From an uncultured Acidobacteriota bacterium (GTDB lineage Bacteria; Acidobacteriota; UBA6911), in assembly GCA_963827655.1 (NCBI GenBank), contig CAWHCF010000004.1, forward strand, positions 64,001 through 128,000: a DNA stretch of 64,000 nt. The letters run 5' to 3'. This document shows, in pieces, positions 54,468 to 64,000 of the stretch (positions within the stretch are counted from its first letter, which is position 1; each line of letters begins with the position of its first letter). The position numbers were made by a program, and so were the translations under genes. The notes under the pieces are model-generated. The model was not told the DNA's origin and searched no databases. It was given only the letters and a program-made list of their open reading frames with translations.

Positions 54468-55289
54468 ATGCCAATCAAGGCGATCCCTTCAGCTCGACAA
54501 CTGGCGAGCCAAACAGTTGGCGCCCTCGAAGCCGCTGCTGATTCCACCAGGGCCGCGCAAGCGAGATCCTACTTCAAACGGCACGAAAAAACCGAATTCT
54601 ATGGAGTCTCGAGTCCCAAAGCACGCCAGATCGAGAGAAGCCTGTTTCAGATGGTTCGCGGGCATTGGACTATCGGCGATGCCGTATGCTATTGCGACAT
54701 TTTGATCCGAAAGCCGCACATGGAATCGAGGTTCATCGGTCTTCTATTGCTGTCACGGTATCGAAAACGGTTCGATGCTGATCTCTTGAGAACGGTCAAA
54801 TCCTGGATCTCGCGCGGGTACTGTGACAACTGGGCGGTTACTGACGGGATATCAACCCTGATTATAGCCCCGCTGCTTCGGACTTTTCCCGGGCTGATCC
54901 CGAGGACGAAATCATGGATTTCGTCTGAAAACCTGTGGCTGCGCCGGTCGGTCCTGGTCTCTCTGGTTCCTGGCGCGCGGAAAGGGGAGCAGCTGGACGA
55001 GGCTTATGCCGCTGCGGCGTCGCTATTGGGTAGCCGCGATGACCTGATCCACAAGGCGACGGGCTGGCTGCTGCGCGAGGCGGGAAAAACCGACCCCTCC
55101 CGGCTCGAAGCCTTTCTTTTGAACCGCGGGCCCAAGATTCCCAGAACTGCGCTCCGTTACGCCATTGAGAAATTTCCCGCGGCAAAGCGGCGCATGATTC
55201 TGGAGCAAACGCGGACGCCGCTAAGGCTCGCGCCTCGCCGGCGTGGCGGGCGCGCAGCAGAACGTGAACCTGTTTCGGCGCGGACCTGA
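54468..55289 (+). CDS. DNA alkylation repair protein (AlkD family)
   Basis: YFK..FYGV, DNWAVTD, NLWLRR, DLIHKATGWLLRE, RTALRYAIEKF. Confidence 0.9.
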   Translation: MPIKAIPSARQLASQTVGALEAAADSTRAAQARSYFKRHEKTEFYGVSSPKARQIERSLFQMVRGHWTIGDAVCYCDILIRKPHMESRFIGLLLLSRYRKRFDADLLRTVKSWISRGYCDNWAVTDGISTLIIAPLLRTFPGLIPRTKSWISSENLWLRRSVLVSLVPGARKGEQLDEAYAAAASLLGSRDDLIHKATGWLLREAGKTDPSRLEAFLLNRGPKIPRTALRYAIEKFPAAKRRMILEQTRTPLRLAPRRRGGRAAEREPVSART

Positions 55290-55301
55290 AATGCGAAGAG
55301 G

Positions 55302-56957
55302 ATGGGAGGCATGATCAATAGACCGGTGCTGCTCACTATTCTTTCCGTGCTTTCTCTCTCGTTCCAGCACTCCGACAGGGCACCCGAGATCGATTCCATT
55401 AGAAAAGAGGAAATGAGGCCGGATCTATTTTTTCTCGCCGGAGATGACATGCAGGGGCGGCTTACCAATACCCCGTCAAACAGTCTCGCAGGGGAATTCA
55501 TCAAGTCGCGGTTTGAACGGATGGGTCTCAAACCCGCCGGGTCGCAAGGATCGTTTTTTCAGCGGTACAACCTGATGAGTTCGACCCTTGGTGATGAAAA
55601 TGTTCTGCAAGTTACCGGCGGAGACAATGCGACTCTTCGGTTGAAGTCGGGGCAGGACTATTATCCGCTCTACTTCAGCGCCAGTGGCCGGGCTCGCGGC
55701 AAGCTCGTTTTCACGGGATTCGGAATCACTGCGCCGGAACTCTCTTACGACGACTACCGGACCGAGACGCTAGGAGGAAACATCGTTCTCGCGCTCGACC
55801 ATGAGCCGGGAGAGCGCGACCCGAACAGCCCGTTTGACGGTGTGGTCTCCGCAGAGGCAGGCGGCGCGCTGCGCAAGACACTGTTTGCCCAGGAAAAAGG
55901 CGCAGCCGGCATCCTGTTTGTCCGGGACATTCACAATCATCCGGAGCCGGACAATTTTGAAGCGGCTGCGAAAAGCTACTGGCCCGAACAACCCTTTCGC
56001 ATTCCGCGGGTCACGCTGGCTGATTGGGTGGAGCAGGTCAGGATTCCGGCCGTTCAGATTTCACCGGCGCTCGCGTCCATCTTGGTTCGAGGCGCCGGCC
56101 GCTCGCTCGAAGCGCTTTCACGCGCGGCGGAGAGCTCCGGCGGCATCCAGCCCGTGCCTCTGCCAACACACCAGGTGGAGCTGCTCACAACCGTAAACCG
56201 TCACGTAATTCCCGATCGCAACGTCGTCGGATTGATTGAGGGTTCGGACGCGCGGCTCAAGGAGGAGGCCGTCATCATTTGCGCGCACTATGATCATAAC
56301 GGCGCGGAAGGAGACCGCATCTATAACGGAGCCGACGACGATGGTTCGGGGATCATCGGACTGATTGAAATCGCTGAAGCGTACTCCAGGGCTGTGCAGG
56401 GCGGGCAGCGACCCCGCCGCTCTGTTCTCTTTGCGGCCTGGAACTCCGAGGAACGCGGCCTGCTCGGCGCCTGGGCTTATACCGAGAATCCTTTCGTTCC
56501 TCTGGACAAGACCATCGCCGTCTTGAACATGGACATGATCGGACGCAACGAAGAGGTGCCAGAGGGCGGAGGTCCGCGCTTCCGAGGGCTCGACCTTCAA
56601 ACCTCGGAATCGAACAAGAACGCCGTTAATATCATCGGGACCACGCGGAGCAAGGAGATGAAATCGGAAGTGGAACGAGCCAATCACGGTATCGGATTGG
56701 ATTTGAGACTGCGGTACGACAACAACATCTCGAATCTAATGCGCCGCAGCGATCACTGGCCTTTTCTCCAGCGTGGCGTCCCGGCTATCTGGTTTCACAC
56801 CGGATTGCACCCCGACTATCACACGGTTTATGACCGGCCCGAGAAGATCAATTACACAAAGATGGAGAAGGTCGCGCGCCTGGTTTATGAAATGAGCTGG
56901 AACCTCGCCCAGTCGGCTTCGCGACCGAGACTCAATCAACCGGCCAGGAATCCATAA
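55302..56957 (+). CDS. M28 family peptidase with PA domain, exported
   Basis: NVVG, AHYDH, NGADDDGSG, SEERGLLG, NMDMIGR, RSDHWPF, DYHT. Confidence 0.93.
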   Translation: MGGMINRPVLLTILSVLSLSFQHSDRAPEIDSIRKEEMRPDLFFLAGDDMQGRLTNTPSNSLAGEFIKSRFERMGLKPAGSQGSFFQRYNLMSSTLGDENVLQVTGGDNATLRLKSGQDYYPLYFSASGRARGKLVFTGFGITAPELSYDDYRTETLGGNIVLALDHEPGERDPNSPFDGVVSAEAGGALRKTLFAQEKGAAGILFVRDIHNHPEPDNFEAAAKSYWPEQPFRIPRVTLADWVEQVRIPAVQISPALASILVRGAGRSLEALSRAAESSGGIQPVPLPTHQVELLTTVNRHVIPDRNVVGLIEGSDARLKEEAVIICAHYDHNGAEGDRIYNGADDDGSGIIGLIEIAEAYSRAVQGGQRPRRSVLFAAWNSEERGLLGAWAYTENPFVPLDKTIAVLNMDMIGRNEEVPEGGGPRFRGLDLQTSESNKNAVNIIGTTRSKEMKSEVERANHGIGLDLRLRYDNNISNLMRRSDHWPFLQRGVPAIWFHTGLHPDYHTVYDRPEKINYTKMEKVARLVYEMSWNLAQSASRPRLNQPARNP

Positions 56958-57201
56958 GGCATTTGGGTTTTGGCGGCCAGAAAATGAGTCACCGTGATAA
57001 CGACCCGAACTAAGTCGTGTTCACTGGACGGTGCGGGCAAGAAACAGGAAATAGGCGATGTTTCACTCGCGTGCTTGCAGCCAGTTGAACTGGAGATGGC
57101 GCCGAGAGGGTTGCGCGGGATGTACAGGTTAACTGCCGCTGATGCACGGTAGTCAGGCAGACTTCTGTTGCCGGATGCCATGACTACGATATGCTTGGCC
57201 T

Positions 57202-57444
57202 GTGGCAGAATATCGGTTTACAGCGTACTTCGAGAACGAAGTTCTCCGGAAGCGCCCATACCTGAAGAAGGAATGGTGCATGAGAGCGCTTGAGTACCCA
57301 ATTCGCTCCGAGCCACAGGAAAAGAATCGATACCGCTTCTGGGTGGAAATTCCGGAACTTGAAGGGCGCTTTTTGAGAGTCATTACGCTTGAAGACAAGG
57401 TGACGATCCACAACGCGTTCCTCGATCGGCGGTTCAAACCATGA
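57202..57444 (+). CDS. Small putative toxin (RelE/BrnT-like fold) of a two-gene TA module
   Basis: YRFTAYFENEVLRKRPYL..RYRFW..LRVITLEDKVTIHNAFLDRRF; ATGA overlap with DUF2283. Confidence 0.75.
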   Translation: MAEYRFTAYFENEVLRKRPYLKKEWCMRALEYPIRSEPQEKNRYRFWVEIPELEGRFLRVITLEDKVTIHNAFLDRRFKP

Positions 57445-57659
57445 AATTGAATTACTATCCCGAAACGGATTCGCTGTACATCGACCTATCGGAACAGACC
57501 AGCGTCGAAAGCCGCGAGATTTCCGAAGGTGTGGTTCTTGACTACGACGCCCAAGGAAACCTGGTCGGAATCGACATCGATAATGCGAGCACCAAGGTCG
57601 AGATCCACAAGCTGACCGTCAGCAAGCTTCCGGCCTCGGTGGAGACCATTGCCGACTAA
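57441..57659 (+). CDS. DUF2283 family putative antitoxin
   Basis: MKLNYYPETDSLYIDL..EGVVLDYDAQGNLVGIDI. Confidence 0.9.
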   Translation: MKLNYYPETDSLYIDLSEQTSVESREISEGVVLDYDAQGNLVGIDIDNASTKVEIHKLTVSKLPASVETIAD

Positions 57660-57695
57660 CATCGCGCTCGAGCCGGACGCACGACCGCGTTAAGG

Positions 57696-57785
57696 GTCCG
57701 ACATACCTGGCAAACCACGCCTCGAGACGCTTGCGCAGTTCCATGGCGCTCCCCCTGCGCAGCGGATCGTCTGCGAGATTACTCG
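57696..57785 (-). pseudogene. Fragment homologous to the 3' end of the sulfatase gene at 61947
   Basis: acatacctggcaaaccacgcctcgagacgcttgcgcagttcca vs acatacctcgcgaaccacgcctcgagacgcttgcgcagttcca at about 61993; both encode [14 protein letters not shown]. Confidence 0.8.
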
Positions 57786-58043
57786 TAAAGCTAAAAAATC
57801 AAGGGGCCAAGCGGTGCCTCGCACCGATTACTTGGATGACTGACTGGGAGTTACGGAGAGCTCAAAGTTTAGTTTGCCTTGCCGCAGCTTGAAGCTGAAC
57901 CCCGAACTGAAGTTTGGAGTTTGGAGTTCATGCGCTAGCTTGCATACTGATAGGGTGCGCAAGGCTGAACCCTAAACAGTTTTCATGTAATTTAGGAGGC
58001 GGGTCGCAAGGTTGCTTGCAATTTATTTGAGGAGTAATCGATC

Positions 58044-59384
58044 ATGAAACGTTCTTGGTTAACTTTGTTCTTCCTGGGTTTCGTTTCGGTTGCGATCGGG
58101 GCGGAACCCAAAGACTTGAACTGGTCGCAGTGGCGCGGCTCCGACGGCACCGGGGTTTCCGCCGAAACCAATTTGCCGGCGAATTGGCAGCCGGACAAAG
58201 ACATCAAATGGAAAACGGCGATCACGGGACGCGGCCACTCCTCGCCGATCGTCTGGGGCCGGCGCATCTTCTTGACCACTGAGATCGAAGGGGATGTCGT
58301 GCCGGGCGTGAAAGCTGTGCCTCACACGATGGGAGGCCAGCCATTCAAGCATCCCGACAGCGTCGGCGCTGACCGGAAGCACACCTTCAAGGTGTTATGC
58401 CTGGACCGTGATTCGGGCAAACTCCTGTGGGAACAGACGGCCTACGAAGGAACGGTCTTTGATGATCGGCATCGTAAGGGGAGCTATGCCGCGCCGACTC
58501 CGGCAACCGATGGCACGTTCGTGTTTGCCTGGTTTGGCGCGGAGGGTGACGGACTCTATTGCTATGACTTCAATGGCAAGTTGATCTGGAAAACACCGGT
58601 CGGAAAGATTGCGTCGGTCGGAATGGGGCCCGGCAGCTCTCCCGTGGCATTCGAGGGCATGGTGATACTCCAATGCGACGAGGACAACGGCGAGAAGTCA
58701 TTCATGGTCGCAATTGAGGCCAAAACCGGTAAGGAAATCTGGCGCACGGCTCGCAAGGTGCAGGTCAGCTGGTCTACTCCGATTATCGTCCGCACGCCGC
58801 AGCGCGTGGAACTCATTGCCAGCGGGGCGGAGTTCGTGATCGCCTATGACCCGAAGAACGGCAAAGAGCTGTGGAGGACAAAAGGGCATGAAGATACCGG
58901 TGTGCCGACTCCGGTCGCCGGACACGGAATGGCCTTTATCGTCGCGGGCTATCCCCAAAAACGAACGATGGCGATTAAACTTGGCGGCTCCGGCGACTTG
59001 ACCGGCAGTTCGAGTATTGTCTGGAAGTATGAGAAGGGATCGGCCTATGTGCCGTCGCCGATCCTCTATGGCGATCATCTTTACCTGCTCACGGATCGCG
59101 GCATTCTGACTTGCCTCGACGCCAAAACCGGCAGCGTCCTATACGAAGGCGGGCGCATTCCCGTCCCGGCGACTTTCACCGCTTCACCGGTAGCGTTTGA
59201 TGGCAAGATTCTGTTGACGAGCGAAGACGGCGATACATTTGTTATCCGAGCCGGGCCCAAGTATGAAGTGATTTCAACCAATTCAGTGGGCGAGCCCGTC
59301 TATGCTTCTCCCGCCGTGTCTGACGGCATGATTTTCATCCGGGGCGAAAAGAATCTTTTTTGCATCAGTGCGAAGAAAGGCTGA
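58044..59384 (+). CDS. PQQ-binding-like beta-propeller protein, exported
   Basis: WSQWRG, GHSSPIVWGRRIFLT, TPATDG, SWSTP, YVPSP, ASPAVSDGMIFIRG. Confidence 0.9.
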   Translation: MKRSWLTLFFLGFVSVAIGAEPKDLNWSQWRGSDGTGVSAETNLPANWQPDKDIKWKTAITGRGHSSPIVWGRRIFLTTEIEGDVVPGVKAVPHTMGGQPFKHPDSVGADRKHTFKVLCLDRDSGKLLWEQTAYEGTVFDDRHRKGSYAAPTPATDGTFVFAWFGAEGDGLYCYDFNGKLIWKTPVGKIASVGMGPGSSPVAFEGMVILQCDEDNGEKSFMVAIEAKTGKEIWRTARKVQVSWSTPIIVRTPQRVELIASGAEFVIAYDPKNGKELWRTKGHEDTGVPTPVAGHGMAFIVAGYPQKRTMAIKLGGSGDLTGSSSIVWKYEKGSAYVPSPILYGDHLYLLTDRGILTCLDAKTGSVLYEGGRIPVPATFTASPVAFDGKILLTSEDGDTFVIRAGPKYEVISTNSVGEPVYASPAVSDGMIFIRGEKNLFCISAKKG

Positions 59385-59390
59385 GTTTTT

Positions 59391-59891
59391 ATGAGGCGCT
59401 CCACAAGCATGGTCTCTGTTGTTTTGATGCTCGGTTCTCTTGCGCCGGGTCTTGCGAGTGCGCGGCTCAACCTCAGCGGCACGTGGCAGCTGGATCAAAA
59501 CCGAAGCTTCAGTAATCCGGCGGGACTCGACCAGACGATGACCATCGTTCACAACGGCGATGAAGTGACCCTGGACGCTAAAATCACGGTTCAGGGGCGC
59601 GAGACACAGGTGAATGAAAAATGGCTGCTGGATGGCAAAGAACGCGAGTTCACACCACCCGGAGCGCCTCCCGGCTCCACGGGCAAACGCAAGGCATCGA
59701 GGCTGCCGGACGATAAAGGAATTCTGGTCGAAGACGCCTCGGTGGCAAACACACCCAAGGGGGAGGTCAATCAGCGAACCACGCGCAAATACACCCTCTC
59801 GGCCGATGGCAATACCTTGATCGTGGATTACTTCATCGATCGCGGTGAGCAGTCGTTCGAATCGAAGCGCGTATTTGCCAGGAAGCCTTAG
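59391..59891 (+). CDS. Secreted hypothetical protein, lipocalin-like beta barrel
   Basis: Signal peptide, NLSGTWQLD, LDGKE, YTLSADGNTL. Confidence 0.75.
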   Translation: MRRSTSMVSVVLMLGSLAPGLASARLNLSGTWQLDQNRSFSNPAGLDQTMTIVHNGDEVTLDAKITVQGRETQVNEKWLLDGKEREFTPPGAPPGSTGKRKASRLPDDKGILVEDASVANTPKGEVNQRTTRKYTLSADGNTLIVDYFIDRGEQSFESKRVFARKP

Positions 59892-60041
59892 GGTTCGCGC
59901 AGAAATAAGTTCGCATTCTGCTGCAGGCCCCCAGGCCCGCTGGCGGGGCGCGATCCTCAGCGTGCTTGGCTAACAGAAAACCGGTTCATAATTAAACACC
60001 GACGCTCGCGCCAGAATGTGAAGTTATTTCTGCGCGAGCCC
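59891..60041 (+). mobile_element. MITE copy 3 (internally deleted)
   Basis: TTA|GGGTTCGCGCAGAAATAAGTTCGCATTCTG ... CAGAATGTGAAGTTATTTCTGCGCGAGCCC|TTA. Confidence 0.88.
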
Positions 60042-60069
60042 TTAGGGCGATAATTTCCCCACTAACGTT

Positions 60070-61854
60070 ATGCGAAAAACTCTGGTTGCTGCTTGTCTGA
60101 TGTCAGGGCTTTTGTGGGGCCAGGAACCTGCCGACCGGCCGTTCTGGCGGACCGTCGTGATGGGAACTCATGGCATGGTGGCCGCCGAGCATCCCTTGGA
60201 GGCGCTGGCTGGATTTGAGGTGCTGCGCGGCGGCGGCAATGCAATCGACGCAGCGGTGGCGACGTTCTATATGACCGGCGTGGTCGAGCAGCATCAGGCC
60301 GGCATCGGCGGCGACGCGGTCATCCTGGCATACATCGCTAAAGAAAAGCGGCTGGCGTTTATCAACGGCACGGGACCTGCTCCGGCGCTGGCCACGCGCG
60401 AGTTCTATCAGAAGCTGGGCGGAATCCCGGATGCAGGGCCGCACTCGACCCTGGTTCCGGGGGCCGTTGCCGGCTTCGATCTCGTCCTGAAGAAATACGG
60501 CACCCGAGATTACCGGACGCTCCTGGCGCCTGCAATCGAGGCGGCCGCGAAAGGCCATCCGATAAGTTTCTGGGGGGCCTCGATGCATGCGGGAGTGGTC
60601 GAGAAGCTTTCGCCCTATCCGAGTTCGCTGAAAGCGCTTCTCAAGAATGGCAAGCCATTCGATCCCGGCGATCTTTTTGTACAACCAGACCTGGCGCGCA
60701 CTCTGGGGACGATCGCAAGCGAGGGGGCGGAGAGTTTCTATCGCGGCTCCATTGCTCGCCTTACTGCGGGTTTTTATGAGAAAAAGGGTGGGCTGGTGCG
60801 ATTCGACGATCTCGCCGGGGTTCGGGCCGAAGAAGTGGAACCGGTGAGCACTGCCTATCGAGAGTACCAGGTCTATCAGTGCGCGCCCAATTCTCAGGGG
60901 ATTGTCCTGCTGATGGCGCTCAACATTCTGGAGGAGGCGGACCTGCGCCGGCTTGGCCACAATTCGGCCGAGTATCTGCATACGATCACGGAGGCGTTGA
61001 AACTGGCATTCGCTGACCGCGACCAGTACATTGCTGATCCTCGCTTCGCCAAGATGCCGGTTCGAGAGTTGCTTTCAAAATCTTATGCAGCCGAGCGCCG
61101 GAAGCTGATTCGTCCTGATCGCGCGCTGCGCGGGGCGCCGCCGCCTGGGGACCCGAGGGCGGTGAAAGGGGTGCTGGCGGGACGCGAGGTTCTCTATGAG
61201 GACGGCCCTCAACCGGTAGGGTCAGCGCCTAGCCGCGGGGACGGGCAAGGTGAGACCTCGTCGTTTTCCATCGCGGACCGCTTCGGAAATGTGATTTCCG
61301 TTACTCACAGCGTGAACGGCACGTTCGGCAGCGGCATGGTCGTCGAGGGCGGCGGGTTTGTTCTTAACAACCGCATGCCCTACTTCAGCCTCGATCCGAA
61401 CGACGTAAACGTTCTGTTGCCCGGCAAGCGACCGCGCCACACGATCAATCCTGCGATTGCGCTCAAGAACGGCAGGCCGTTTCTCGCGTGGAACACGCCG
61501 GGTGGCGATAACCAGCCGCAAGCCATGTTGCAGGCCTTTCTCAACGTTGTCGAGTTCGGAATGAACGTACAGCAGGCCGTCGAGTCGGCGACGGTCACGA
61601 CAAATTCTCATCGGGCCTCTATGTATCCGCAGAAGGCGGGAGAGACACTGTCCATGCCAAAGATCCTCGCCGATCAGGTAGGCGCGGGCCTGGCATCCAA
61701 GGGTCACCGCTTGCAGATAGCGGCGCGGCAACAGCCCTATCGACAGCAGGTCTCCGGAGCCGGCGCCGTCAAGATGGTCCTGATCGATCCTCAGTCCGGC
61801 GTGCTTTACGGAGGCGTGAGCCCGTCGAAAGACAACTACGTCATGGGCTGGTAG
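60070..61854 (+). CDS. ggt: Gamma-glutamyltransferase family protein, exported
   Basis: GGNAIDAAVA, VPGAVAG, KLAFADRD, GETSSFSIAD (nucleophile Thr), LNNRM, PGKRP, TPGG. Confidence 0.92.
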   Translation: MRKTLVAACLMSGLLWGQEPADRPFWRTVVMGTHGMVAAEHPLEALAGFEVLRGGGNAIDAAVATFYMTGVVEQHQAGIGGDAVILAYIAKEKRLAFINGTGPAPALATREFYQKLGGIPDAGPHSTLVPGAVAGFDLVLKKYGTRDYRTLLAPAIEAAAKGHPISFWGASMHAGVVEKLSPYPSSLKALLKNGKPFDPGDLFVQPDLARTLGTIASEGAESFYRGSIARLTAGFYEKKGGLVRFDDLAGVRAEEVEPVSTAYREYQVYQCAPNSQGIVLLMALNILEEADLRRLGHNSAEYLHTITEALKLAFADRDQYIADPRFAKMPVRELLSKSYAAERRKLIRPDRALRGAPPPGDPRAVKGVLAGREVLYEDGPQPVGSAPSRGDGQGETSSFSIADRFGNVISVTHSVNGTFGSGMVVEGGGFVLNNRMPYFSLDPNDVNVLLPGKRPRHTINPAIALKNGRPFLAWNTPGGDNQPQAMLQAFLNVVEFGMNVQQAVESATVTTNSHRASMYPQKAGETLSMPKILADQVGAGLASKGHRLQIAARQQPYRQQVSGAGAVKMVLIDPQSGVLYGGVSPSKDNYVMGW

Positions 61855-61896
61855 AAACAAATACCACCAGGACACGAAGGCACGAAGAAACACTAA

Positions 61897-61936
61897 GGGC
61901 CTGCAGCAGAATGCGAACTTATTTCTGCGCGAACCC
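61897..61936 (-). mobile_element. MITE partial copy (one end)
   Basis: gggcctgcagcagaatgcgaacttatttctgcgcgaaccc is the reverse complement of the copy 1 left end. Confidence 0.8.
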
Positions 61937-61946
61937 GAAGGGACCG

Positions 61947-63327
61947 TTACTTGCCGGCAACGACGGGACCCACCGGGTCGGCTGCAGGTTCGACATACCT
62001 CGCGAACCACGCCTCGAGACGCTTGCGCAGTTCCAAGGCGCGTCCCTGCACCGCGGAAGCGTTCGCAAGATTTGCTTTTTCGCCAGGATCCTTTCTCAGA
62101 TCATAGAGCTCGTGGGGGCCGGCGGGATAACGATGGACATACTTCCAGTCCTCCGTGCGCACCATCCGGACCTTGCCATATTCGCCATAGACTTCCCGCT
62201 TCCACGAAACCTGTTTGCCGGCTAACAGAGGGGCATAGCTCTGACCCGGATGGTTCCGCTGCCGGGGAAGCGGCAGGATGAGGTAGTCGAGCAGCGTCGG
62301 AAGAAAATCGTAAGCGCTGACCATGGCATCAATCTGCTGTTTCGCGCGCAGGCGCGCAGGATGACTGAATATCAAGGGGACGAGCAGGGAAGTGTCGTAC
62401 ATGTTGCGCGGCGTCGACGCGTTCCCTTTTCCGACCAGACCGTGATGGCCGAAATTGAAACCGTGATCGCTGGTGAACACGATCAGCGTGTCCTGGCGCA
62501 GCGAAAGATCGTCCAATCGCTCGAGGATTCGGCCGATGTTCTGGTCCATTGCAGTAATCGATGCGGCGTACTGCGCCATGCTTTCTCGGTTTCCGAGATG
62601 ATCCTGAAGGGCGCTGGCCCATGGATGTCTGGGCTCGACCGGGAAAGATGCGAAAAGACCGGATCTATAGTGATCGACCCATTGCGGCGGATGCCCGGTC
62701 CATGGCGTGTGCGGGGCGGTGTAATGGACGCTCAGGTAAAAGGGTCGGGCGCGGTTGGTTTCGATGAACTGGAGCGCCTTGTCCGTGATCACGTCGGTGA
62801 GGTATCCCTCACTCGGAATCTCCCGGTCTCCATCGATCATCGGATGATTGCTGTACGTGCCGCCACCGCGCGGGTGGACAAACCAGGAGGAGAACCCCTG
62901 CTGCTTCCTGAGGCTGTCTCCCATGTGCCACTTGCCGCTGAATCCGCAGGCGTAGCCATTCTGCGCCAGAATCTGGGAGTAACCGATTTCATCCCTTAAG
63001 AACTCCTTTGCCGCCGGGCCGGTATTTTCCTTATCGATCCAGTCGTGGATCCCGTGCTGCGAAGGGATTCTGCCGGTGAGAAAGGTTGCCCGGCTGGGCG
63101 AACAGACCGGCGTGGCGCAGAAAGCCCGTGTGAACCTCACGCCCGTCTTCTGCCAGTCGATCGAGATTCGGCGTCCGGATCTCCTTGTTTCCATAGCAGC
63201 CCAGAGTCCACTGTCCCTGATCATCCGACATGATGAAGATCACGTTGGGAGGACGCTGCTGCGCGACCTGAGAATAACCAAGGACAGCGAACGACATGGA
63301 AGCGAGCAGGATCGTTAGCGTGGGCAT
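61947..63327 (-). CDS. Formylglycine-dependent sulfatase, frameshift near 63143
   Basis: [23 protein letters not shown] joins [23 protein letters not shown] if one G is removed; GKWH, FTSDHG, ELYDL motifs. Confidence 0.9.
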
Positions 63328-63519
63328 AATCTCAGCCAAGTCGACTCAATCAGTCAGCTTCCCATCAATAGGGAACTTTGTCGAAGTGGTCTTGAGTATA
63401 TACCAAGCTCGGCGTCTTTGGGTCTTGGCGGTTTGCCTCCGCGGGCCTAAGGATCGTCAGACGCCCGAACGTGCCGTGACGAACGTGTTGGTTTGACTTC
63501 GCTAAGCGCCTTAGCCCAG

Positions 63520-64000
63520 TCACGCCCTCTGGAAGGCTCGGGCGCGAAAGAGGAAATCGACGATATTTCCCTCGTGCGGTTGCAGCCAGTTGAGCTGGAT
63601 CGTCGGGATAGGGCCGAGGTTGAGGCGATCGATGTGCACTGCGTCGATCAAGGCGCGGCGAAGCTCCGGGTTTTCCGTGATCGCCGTGCAGACGAGCGTG
63701 GAACCGATGGCCTCGAGCATCTTCGACTCAGGACAGTTCACCACTGTCACGAACGGGAACATGTACTCTTTCTTCGCAATGGCCGCCTCAGGCGAGTCGC
63801 AGTGGACTACGGTTGGCAGCAGGTAATCGCAGCGCTCCATCTTTACCAGCCGTCCGGCGCCGTTACGATGTTTGGCCGTCAAGTCCGTTACCCCTGGGGC
63901 TTCGAGGTCGCTGTCGATAGCTTTTGAGATGGCCTCCGCCGTACCGGGGACGGTAAAGGCCGCGAGCCCGGCCTGCGGATTCTCGGGCGGCAGGGGTTGA
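63520..64000 (-). CDS. Aldehyde dehydrogenase-like / acyl reductase (GriD/EhpG-like), 5' part beyond the right edge
   Basis: The frame stays open to the edge; YLLPTVV..KEYMFPFVTVV..LVCTAIT..IDRLNLGPIPT..WLQPHEGN. Subfamily assignment is from recall. Confidence 0.75.
   Translation of the reverse strand, partial: QPLPPENPQAGLAAFTVPGTAEAISKAIDSDLEAPGVTDLTAKHRNGAGRLVKMERCDYLLPTVVHCDSPEAAIAKKEYMFPFVTVVNCPESKMLEAIGSTLVCTAITENPELRRALIDAVHIDRLNLGPIPTIQLNWLQPHEGNIVDFLFRARAFQRA

Overview
GC-rich (about 60% by eye) bacterial chromosomal segment. Gene content (Oar-type TonB receptor, many Tat-signal enzymes, several PQQ-like propellers, ECF sigma plus Ser/Thr kinase) suggests Acidobacteriota; this is an inference. 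It holds about 50 CDS: a BlaI/BlaR1 pair, a TonB receptor with Tat-DgaE-like, Tat-UxuA and lactonase genes, proC, tadA, SSS and MFS transporters, two alkylation glycosylases, a single-ring Clp-like ATPase, a GMC dehydrogenase pair, three toxin-antitoxin loci (two with attC-like remnants), nadQ-nadA-nadC with NadQ boxes but no nadB, GGT and a sulfatase. The top coding candidate is a fragmented minus-strand cluster (GriD/EhpG-like aldehyde dehydrogenase, Fe-ADH, TPR, PQQ propeller, CxxC-bearing GT4, LolD/FtsX-type ABC exporter) that may be an undescribed reduce-glycosylate-export pathway. The top non-coding signal is a dense layer of intergenic repeats: about 20 copies of an 8-nt-period element, several 7-nt and 6-nt periodic arrays, an IS5-like MITE family that inserts at the CTAAG of the 8-nt element, and a ~100 bp direct repeat bracketing the ECF/kinase/PD40 module. 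Four single-base frameshifts are probably assembly errors. No rRNA, tRNA, CRISPR array or intact transposase/integrase was seen.
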